This document shows, piece after piece, positions 51,101 through 60,365 of a stretch of DNA of 64,000 nt. This DNA comes from Balanoglossus misakiensis (Eukaryota > Animalia > Hemichordata). Every line of letters begins with the position of its first letter. Positions within the stretch are counted from its first letter, which is position 1. Location: NCBI GenBank assembly GCA_040954595.2, contig CM082576.2, forward strand, positions 10,233,129 through 10,297,128, given 5' to 3'. The position numbers were made by a program, and so were the translations under genes. The notes beneath the pieces were generated by a model that saw only the letters and a program-made list of their open reading frames with translations, was not told where the DNA came from and ran no database searches.

Positions 51101-53393
51101 CCTATCATTTGTAAGTTGCTGATAAATGATGGCTTGTCACTGAGGGCACAGTGAATTCCATAGGCGGTACCTGCCAACGCGGCTGCTGACACTGAAGCAT
51201 AGGCCAACTTGCGACCAGAACTGTATCTTCCAGCCTGGGAGCTGAATAATCTTCTACCTGAAGTGATACAAATACACAATGTCATGTAGGTCACATAATA
51301 TATAATTGCAGTGTTGTGCTCGTAGGCAACTTGATGAAGTTAAGGTCATAGACAAAGTTGACATAATACCAGGGTACAAACTGTATCTTAAAATTTCCAC
51401 CTTATAATAAGTGTCCTCCTAAAAGCTGAACTTCCCAAATTTTAGCAGTGGAGGAATGAAAACACAAACATATGGATAACTGGTTTTGTAACCAAAATAA
51501 TATATTCGTCAATTCCTGATTGGGTAATTATTTTCTTCCTATTCTTCATATTCTCTAGACTCATCAAATTTAAAATGTCTGTTTTCAAATGTTTGTATAG
51601 GGACAAGTACAGGGAAGAGGGACAAAATAGCATTGGCCATGTGAAGATAACATTTCTGTCTATCTTTAATATTTGTATAACAACACACTGGCATTTTGGT
51701 GGCCAACACATCAAGGTGCTGAGGCCCCGGACATGCAGAGCAGCAGTATCACCACTGTCCGTGTCGTCACACTGATCAAAGGTTGAGTGAAAAGTATATA
51801 CACACATCAAATCACACCAGGTTACAGCTTGGTCATGGTTAAATAACAAAGGCAACTTTTTAATTACATGTGCATGGTTTTTTTTTTAAACACCTGGTCA
51901 AATGCACAACCCAATGTCTTTGACATTTAGTACCATACCAGGTTTAGCCTTCTTGTGGATACAAGATCTTTTATCTATACACAAACATAACCCTGAGCTG
52001 AACTGCCTGGAAGGTTATACCTAATCTTGTCATCACCATAGTTTAGACTGTCCCAACTGTTTGCAAGACTGATTCGATCAAAAGTTCTATATGCATACAT
52101 TGAATATATGACCCTGGTCTTATGTTTAGTTCTATTGAGTATTGGGTCGGTTTTGCTGCTCATTTTCAACCTGTATTATATTCCTAAGACAATTGACTAA
52201 AATGTCGTTTTCAACAGGTTTTCTTGTGATGGAAGGTATAATGGCACTGCACCATGAAGTACATGAAGTTATCTCTTTGCAGAATAAGACCAAGGGAATA
52301 GTGCCAGATATGTGCAAAAAGTCTCTGATACTGCTTAGAGTTATTCCACCATGCTTACAAAACAGTGAATCTTTGAGGTCACGAAATTGGGTTTTCTTAC
52401 ACAACATGCAAACTCATTATCCCTTTCACCACCATGGTTTCGTCCAAACCCATTGTTTTCTATGGTAAAGTTTGATGTATATAGAGAGAAATGGGTCCAC
52501 AAATGGCTATTAATCCTATTGACATTGTCTTTTCATTACTACTGCAGCCAATATCGCTTCTATTAAAGTGGGCGGGGCAAGTTAGCCCTAATCATACAAA
52601 AAAGATTTCACAGATTATCTGTGGGGCTTTTAATTTGTTTCCAATAAAAAGGTGATTCAGCGGGAAAAAATGCTGGCAGGCAAATGATTTACTGAATAAA
52701 CCTTCAGATTTGGGTTTTAGTAATTACTACAAGTATATTCGCTCCTGTCCCCTCTTCTGAACGTTCCACCATAGACCCTATGGTTCCACCTTTCCTGAAA
52801 ACACTCTACACCACAGTCTCAACAAGCGCTACCAACACAACCTGCATCGCACCGCATACACAGCTACATGTAATATTGTCGCAATAGTTCTTTCCAGATT
52901 TCCCATTCGAAGAAAACAAGAACGCAGCTAAGCGCTGAGTCATGTACAGAGGTCACAACATGTGGGTTATTGTACCAAAATTAATGTGCAGCACAAGAGG
53001 CTGTGGGTGTGTCCTGAACACCACTACCTAGACGTAGGTGCCCAGCACTCGACGTCGGAGCTCGGTTGCACTGCAGTATAAAACGACATGCCGTTGTTTG
53101 GAGGATTCAAGATAGTCACGCACCTAGCTGCAATGATAGCGGGTGCTACCAGGTTGACTGGTGTTCGCACACTGCAGCCCCACACCAGTCTAGCGCAGTT
53201 GCAGCCCCCCGCTATCATGGCAGCTATCACGCACCTTGTCATCCTGCTCGTCACAGTGTCCAACAGCGAAAAGTTTGGGGAACAAAAATGCATCATTAAA
53301 ACGCCAGCACTATGCCCCAGGGGTGTTTACTTATTAATTAAATCACTTACCAGCGCTGCGGGAAGCGTTGAAAATGTGCCTGAAAGATGCCAT
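48135..53393 (-). CDS. DyP-type (dye-decolorizing) heme peroxidase, YfeX/DypB-like, with a putative mitochondrial presequence. Exons 53393-53351, 51257-51064, 50766-50575, 50320-50248, 50048-49887, 49561-49488, 49183-49135, 48987-48895, 48784-48632, 48235-48135
   Basis: MPSTGGDIFIHAKS, GRDLSGFIDGTENP (GXXDG), GSSYLITQKWIH, WVGRS, SHVAR (proximal His), IVRQSQPYG (distal Arg), GLFFIAYA, MLDRMVG..DGLSD and GTYWYVPS. Nine GT-AG introns in consistent phase. Confidence 0.93.
52421..52474. mobile_element. Partial piggyBac-like MITE copy
   Basis: CCCTTTCACCACCATGGTTTCGTCCAAACCCATTGTTTTCTATGGTAAAG, homologous to the other copies. Confidence 0.6.
52763..52789. mobile_element. Minimal P-element-like remnant or excision footprint
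   Basis: GTTCCAC|CATAGACCCTATG|GTTCCAC: a 13-bp palindromic core between 7-bp direct repeats. Confidence 0.5.
53125..53226. mobile_element. Academ(H)-like mini-MITE, 102 bp, same family as 37447-37528
   Basis: TAGCTGCAATGATAGCGGG...CCCGCTATCATGGCAGCTA, with a perfect 9-bp TSD TCACGCACC (53116-53124, 53227-53235). Confidence 0.8.
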
Positions 53394-54563
53394 GCTTACA
53401 GTTCAATTCAGCAACACGCACTCTGCGAAATGGTACTGGGAATAGATTTGGGTCACCAGGATATAGCGGACAGTAAGCAAATTTCGTACTGCTTAATTTG
53501 CATATTATTTACAAGACATTTATATGACCTTTTACCTGACAATATACGACCTTTCACATTTCCTATTTTATACAATTGGCCAGTCTGGGCTCTTTTCTCG
53601 CCACTGAGACTGTATTATTTTTTATATATGTGTATTTTTGTTCATTTAATGATCTCAGTTGCATTTCTTTCAATATGACGCCTGTGAAATCGTTATTAAA
53701 AGTTTGAGCCTTTTCACGGTAATTTGCATACAGTGTTACATAAAGTTGTATACTGCCTGCCATTTCCTGCAAAAACTGAAAAATAAACATGTCACAACTT
53801 ATCCGATATATCTGAATATGAAAAGTAGTTCTCATGCAAATGTTAAACCAAAATGTAGTGACTGTACATGCTGGTAGGAAAAATTCAATTTGTGCGCGGA
53901 GTTGCTTGCTACATGATTTGGTGTGGTAGGTCAAAAGTTACAGGTCTTATAAATAATTCCAAAGTTAATATCCGGATAGATATACTCAAATTGTTTAAAC
54001 TATAATGAGATCATCACTATATCTGTGACAGTAGGGTGCTTTTAAGAATCATTTTACATCTAAATCTGTCAAGAGACTGCATAAACACAGCTTCATACAA
54101 ATAAAAAAAAATCTGCAAGAAATTTGTAACCATAGCAATACTTTAGTTTTCCTGCATGTGATTCCAGCAAATTTGATAAACATGTTTTCAATAAGGATGT
54201 TTACCATTTTAATCACCCCAAAATCAGTTTATTTGTGTTTGGAATCATTGGTGCTATACAGCGACTAAACCCAACGGTACTGTATTTAAAAAGTAGCCTT
54301 TCATAACATTTCCTCTGTGTTTCCGGTTGTAAATAACTCCATTCAGCTAAATCTGAATTTCGATACAGCAGGTTTGGTAATGAAAAGACAATACACTCTC
54401 TTGTTCTCTCTTTCAAAGCCCATCTAATTTAAAATGTAAGAGAAAAATAATGAAGTTAGTAAATTAACACATGACAATAGTATACATGCAAGCACACAAC
54501 TCATAACAGGGTGGGTTTCCAACACTGAGGGCGCTATAACCGAAATACACACTCTATTGGAGG

Positions 54564-54938
54564 TAGTCTGGTTCCCTGCCCCAATCCCACCGCTGGCTGC
54601 GCTACGCTAAAGGGAAAGGGTCAGGCACGGCCTATTGTAAACATGGCTCTCATTGGTCAATACATACGAAAATTAAGTTGTTAAATTGATAAGTTGTTGT
54701 AAGATACTCATTTCCCGTTCTCTCCTTCACCTCCATGAATGTTTATCATTCGATTTCCAACTTTACAACAAACGAAACAAAATAAACTGCCTGGATGAAT
54801 CTTGACTGGCATACGGACATTGGAGGCATCCATCTTGTTTCACACCCAGGTTTCTGGGTGTGAAATCGGGCCGTACCTGACCCCTTTCCCTTTAGCGTAG
54901 CGCAGCCAGCGGTGGGATTGGGGCAGGGAACCAGACTA
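54564..54938. mobile_element. Academ(H)-like MITE, 375 bp, ~69-bp TIRs
   Basis: TAGTCTGGTTCCCTGCCCCAATCCCACCGCTGGCTGCGCTACGCTAAAGGG... and its inverse ending CCAGACTA, with a perfect 9-bp TSD TATTGGAGG (54555-54563, 54939-54947). Confidence 0.85.
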
Positions 54939-54961
54939 TATTGGAGGAAGGGGCCTGATTC

Positions 54962-57150
54962 CATGTCGTTAGTATCTCACTATGTCATGTGCGAATCTAT
55001 CTGGCAATGTACGCGCTTGGTGTCTATACTGGTGAAAAATTTGTTTTATTAATTTAGTCTGTTAGAGATGATTTTATTTAGACTGGAATTAAATTTACTA
55101 GTATCTCGGATTAGTACATTGGCAAATCCCACAGTCCTTTGCGCAAATCAAAATGGCGGCGCCCAATGTAAAAGATTCTAACATTCCAACACTTGGTGGC
55201 GACATTTACGATTCCAACTGGTTCATGTCGTTAGTATCTCACTATGTCATGTGCGAATCTATCTGGCAATGTACGCGCTTGGTGTCTATACTGGTGAAAA
55301 ATTTGTTTTATTAATTTAGTCTGTTAGAGATGATTTTATTTAGACTGGAATTAAATTTACTAGTATCTCGGATTAATACATTGGCAAATCCCACAGTCCT
55401 TTGCGCAAATCAAAATGGCGGCGCCTGTATATGTACGTCCTCGCCTCGCATAAAGTTAAAAAAGTGACCGTTTAACAAGTTGTGAGACGTTTTGTGGCGA
55501 TTCTTTGTCCCGTATGAATGAATTGTGAATGATAACGGCGATCGGTGCACGAATTTTGGTCCACAGATGGAAATTTCTTGTCGAAACCACTGCGTTATAA
55601 ATATCACTCGCGCACTGCATTGGATGACGTCACGAAAGTTTCTAACATTCTAACGCTTGGTGGCGACATTTACAATTCCATAACAGACCTGGTTCATGTC
55701 GTTAGTATCTCACTATGTCATGTGCGAATCTATCTGGCAATGTACGCGCTTGGTGTCTATACTGGTGAAAAATTTGTTTTATTAATTTAGTCTGTTAGAG
55801 ATGATTTTATTTAGACTGGAATTAAATTTACTAGTATCTCGGATTAGTACATTGGCAAATCCCACAGTCCTTTGCGCAAATCAAAATGGCGGCGCCCAAT
55901 GTAAAAGTTTCTAACATTCCAACACTTGGTGGCGACATTTACGATTCCAACTGGTTCATGTCGTTAGTATCTCACTATGTCATGTGCGAATCTATCTGGC
56001 AATGTACGCGCTTGGTGTCTATACTGGTGAAAAATTTGTTTTATTAATTTAGTCTGTTAGAGATGATTTTATTTAGACTGGAATTAAATTTACTAGTATC
56101 TCGGATTAATACATTGGCAAATCCCACAGTCCTTTGCGCAAATCAAAATGGCGGCGCCTGTATATGTACGTCCTCGCCTCGCATAAAGATAAAAAAGTGA
56201 CCGTTTAACAAGTTGTGAGACGTTTTGTGGCGATTCTTTGTCCCGTATGAATGAATTGTGAATGATAACGGCGATCGGTGCACGAATTTTGGTCCACAGA
56301 TGGAAATTTCTTGTCGAAACCACTGCGTTATAAATATCACTCGCGCACTGCATTGGATGACGTCACGAAAGTTTCTAACATTCTAACGCTTGGTGGCGAC
56401 ATTTACAATTCCATAACAGACCTGGTTCATGTCGTTAGTATCTCACTATGTCATGTGCGAATCTATCTGGCAATGTACGCGCTTGGTGTCTATACTGGTG
56501 AAAAATTTGTTTTATTAATTTAGTCTGTTAGAGATGATTTTATTTAGACTGGAATTAAATTTACTAGTATCTCGGATTAGTACATTGGCAAATCCCACAG
56601 TCCTTTGCGCAAATCAAAATGGCGGCGCCCAATGTAAAAGTTTCTAACATTCCAGCACTTGGTGGCGACATTTACGATTCCAACTGGTTCATGTCGTTAG
56701 TATCTCACTATGTCATGTGCGAATCTATCTGGCAATGTACGCGCTTGGTGTCTATACTGGTGAAAAATTTGTTTTATTAATTTAGTCTGTTAGAGATGAT
56801 TTTATTTAGACTGGAATTAAATTTACTAGTATCTCGGATTAATACATTGGCAAATCCCACAGTCCTTTGCGCAAATCAAAATGGCGGCGCCCAATGTAAA
56901 GTTTCTAACATTCCAACACTTGGTGGCGACATTTACAATTCCAGAACAGACCTTAGCGTCTATGCCAGAACAGTACCCAATGCCTTCCAAAGCCAGAACA
57001 GTACCCAATGCCTTCCAAATAAGACTGTTTGTCAAAAGTGCGAATCTATATGACAATCTACGCGCTTTGGGCCTGTTCTGGTCAAAATTATGGTTTATAA
57101 TTTAATGTGTTAGAAATAATTTTTATGTCGACTGGAATTAATTTTACTAT
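54962..57150. repeat. Higher-order tandem array: a ~200-bp core at 54962, 55224, 55695, 55957, 56428 and 56690 (spacing 262/471, period 733), plus a degenerate copy at ~57036-57150
   Basis: Directly visible near-identical units. The ORF track shows duplicated ORFs offset by 733 bp. Confidence 0.95.
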
Positions 57151-57949
57151 ATCATCTAGAATACATAGAGTGATAATAATATTTATGGTGATATGTGTTT
57201 GCCTTACTGTTCACCAATGGGCATGGATCGTCCAAAATAAATTTGACAACACATAAAATTTATTCAAGATGCTAGTAAAAATTAATTCCAGTCTACATGG
57301 CGTGATATATACTGTTTGTGCATATTATTATTGAGATTTTAAGTAACAAATGTCTACCTACTGTGAAACAGTCCCAAAGCAATGGTAAAAAGTTTGGCAA
57401 ATTCATAACACCCGTAAATATATCATAATCAGTACGTGTATAGAGTTAGGCAATAAATGCCTAACCACTGTGAAGTCATCCATGCCCAGTGGTGAACAGT
57501 TAGGCAAAGCCGTATCACCGCCTCATAGTCCTTGTATCACTCCGCGCTTTAGTTAGGCAGGAAATGTCAGCACCGTCAACTGCCATCCATGTCCCATGTT
57601 GAACAGTTAGGCAAAATCATAATCACCGTTAATATTTAATCTCTCTATGTATATTGGGTTAGGCAACAAAGTCAAGCCACCGTAAACAGTCGTGACCAGT
57701 CAGGCATCGCCGTGACACACGGCCCTGCTGCGCAGAGCTATCACACTGACAACATGCTCGCTTTACCCACGGTCACCGTCCCCTAACGTACGGTTGTCTC
57801 GTGTCGTATACACTGCCGTCCCTAGGCGCTGCGTGGCAGGGTTGTGTTTTACGGCGATGCCTCCACACCACAGTCCTTAGGCACCACACCACAGTCCATA
57901 GCCTAGCATAGGAAGCTGCAGCTAGCGATTTCTGCGCAGTGGTTTCGAC

Positions 57950-58308
57950 TAGAAATATCCATCTGTGGAACAAAACTCGTGCACCGATGGCCGTTTTCGT
58001 TCACAACTCATTCATTCGGGAAGACGAGCTGCCTCAAAACGTCTCACAACGCGTATTATGGCCCCTTTTTCAACTTTATGCGAGGCGAGAGAACGGACAA
58101 TAACAGCCGCCATTTTGATTTAAGGAAGCGTGCGCAAAGGACTGTGGGACCGGCCAATGTATTAATTCGAGATGCTAGTAAATTTAATTCCAGACTAAAT
58201 AAAACCATCTCTAACACACTTAATTAATAAAACAAATTTTTTCACCAGAACAGACGCCAAGCGCGTACATTGCCAGATAGATTCGCACATGACATAGTGA
58301 GATACGAA
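57950..58308 (-). repeat. Diverged inverted copy of the long array unit, abutting the CGRRF1 start
   Basis: Reverse complement of ~55230-55590, e.g. GCGCGTACATTGCCAGATAGATTCGCACATGACATAGTGAGATAC, CTAGTAAATTTAATTCCAG and GCGCAAAGGACTGTGGGA. Confidence 0.9.
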
Positions 58309-58356
58309 CGCGTTAATATTGGAGGTAAGGACCGTCGAACAAATGAACAAAACAAA

Positions 58357-60365
58357 ATGGCGTGTGATATAGCAGAAATATCCGAGATTTCGTCAATTTT
58401 GTCAATTTTAACTGTAATTTTGTGTTTTTCTGCCATGGCTGTCTTCATAATAAGGTGAGTAAGGGTGTTTGTAAAATGGAAATGGTATGGTTCATTCTAA
58501 CCGTCCAAGTTCCAGTCGTTGTCGCGTCGTCTGCCACTTTGGCCAACGTCAAGCATTATGATACAACATACCTGCTGCTTACATGCTATACAGCATGATA
58601 TGATACTTCTTGTATAAACTTACAGATTGGGAGTCAACCCATTACCAACTGTCAGCTTTCCAACAGTAAATCCTGTCCCTGCAACAGCCATGGTCGGTAT
58701 TAGAAACCCTTTCACATTGGAAATCTCAGATCCACAATCAGGTTCTTTAAAAAGTAAGTGAAAACTAGCAGTTATATCCTGAAACTATTTAATTCTGACA
58801 CAGTGCATTGTAGTACTCAACCAGCGAATCAGATAATAATAATAAATTTACTTACATTATACCTATTTTTTTTCTGGCCTTATTTTACAGATGGTGTAAA
58901 ACTTAAAATGTCATCAGAAGTTCCCTTCGTATTGGATGCATACTGGGGACTGGAGATCAATTCAATGTATCACGTCTTAAGACATTCAAGTGCAATATTT
59001 CAGGAGAACAGAGAAGAAACTGACATTTTCGTAGAGGAGAAGTACTTATGCAAGAACGGTTCTCACCAGTATCCTTTGTAATTAATCTTTTTGTCTGAGT
59101 CCCTCAAGTTTAGTTTGGAGACGAACGACGTGGGTTGGGTGGGCTTGCCAAGGTTAACACTTTGTTTAAAGCAAGCAGTGTATTTGCTAAACCCCTGTAA
59201 AATGCGAATTAATCTGTCCAATCAACTTTTTAGTCACATTCTATGAAAGCAATCTCACATTTCCTTAATATTTTAGTTTTGATAACTGTGAAGATAAAAT
59301 GCTGACACTTCATCCAGATGTCGAAGGTGAGCAACTCTTGGACCTTGGTCGACCACCCAGGACTAAATATCCATTGGTGGTGATAATGTCTGAAGCTGAC
59401 CAAGAGACTACTGATGAAGATGAAGAGAGTTCGAAAATTGTAAGTACAGTGTATCACTGATTTTAAAGTGTGCATACTGTATTAAGTGTAGAGACTCTGT
59501 CAGGGATTTGCCCTGGTCATTGTTGGTGCAAAGGAAAATGAATGTATTCAGGTTTATTATGGAAATTAATCCACAAGTCATTTTGTTGATCTTCTACCCT
59601 ACATTTATTCATTAAATGCAGATATCAATGCTGACGGCCATTCATTTACCCGATAGAAGCTATTGTATGAAGTCACACACAATTCACCAGTTAGTGGTCA
59701 CAAATAAAGGGAACTTTTGCAACTTGGAGGTAAGAATGACGTTAGAATTTGACTTGTACCTCATATTCACAAAAGAATTTGATGAAATATGGTACATCTT
59801 GAGAATTCAGTCAACATTTGTTATCTCAGTTAAGTCTGGTACATGTATGTCCAATGCTTGGTTCTTACCATTCTTGTCTTTGATGGGACATAGGGCCCCC
59901 TTCAGAAAACAAGTGCTAGAAGGAGAGACACATAACTATGTGAATGAACTTGTAAGAACCAACCACTTTCAATTTCTTTTGTAGAAATTGTTCATGTCGA
60001 CGGAACCGAGTGAAGATGGATCATCGAGAGGACCGGAGGACTCTGATCTGTTGACAGACGCTAGCGCTGACTTGGACACATTCAGCTGCCAGGGCAAAGA
60101 CTGCACAGTGTGTCAGAATGCTTCGATATCCAGAGTGATTCTCCCCTGCAGACATGCCTGTGTGTGTCAGCAGTGTTTCCCCATGCTGAACAAGTGTCCC
60201 ATGTGTAGGGGCCCCATCGAATCCTTCTTCGATATGTATAGAAATCCGACCGCAGATTATTGTGATGAGGAACTGGAGGAGGGTGAGGACAATGTGTCCA
60301 CCTGGATCACGAAGTTCGAGAACATGTGTGAGAGGTTGAACAGGTGGTTGGGCCTGAGGCATTGA
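58357..60365 (+). CDS. CGRRF1: Cell growth regulator with RING finger domain 1. Exons 58357-58454, 58626-58753, 58891-59068, 59277-59439, 59622-59729, 59985-60365
   Basis: N-terminal TM segment, RNPFTLEI, AYWG, PRTKYPLV, AIHLPDRSY, KLFMS and a C3HC4 RING (CTVCQNA..VILPCRHACVCQQC...CPMCR), all collinear with human CGRRF1. Confidence 0.93.
59069..59276 (+). other. U12-type (minor spliceosome) GT-AG intron in CGRRF1
   Basis: 5' splice site GTATCCTTT and branch point TTCCTTAAT (59261-59269), 7 nt before the intron end. Splicing here restores the reading frame. Confidence 0.88.

Noticed and set aside
48135-53393. DyP as bacterial contamination or encapsulin cargo
   Set aside because: It has nine spliceosomal introns, animal flanking genes, no encapsulin gene nearby and no C-terminal cargo-loading extension.
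53088-53678. 196-aa plus-strand ORF
   Set aside because: It runs through a MITE and antisense to DyP exon 1, and has no domain similarity that I recognise.
54962-57000. CRISPR-like repeat-spacer array
   Set aside because: The repeats are ~200 bp, the linkers are themselves repeated rather than unique, there are no cas genes, and the context is eukaryotic.
55410-57105. Duplicated 65-86 aa ORFs in the array
   Set aside because: By-products of the tandem repeat, with no recognisable domain or splice structure.
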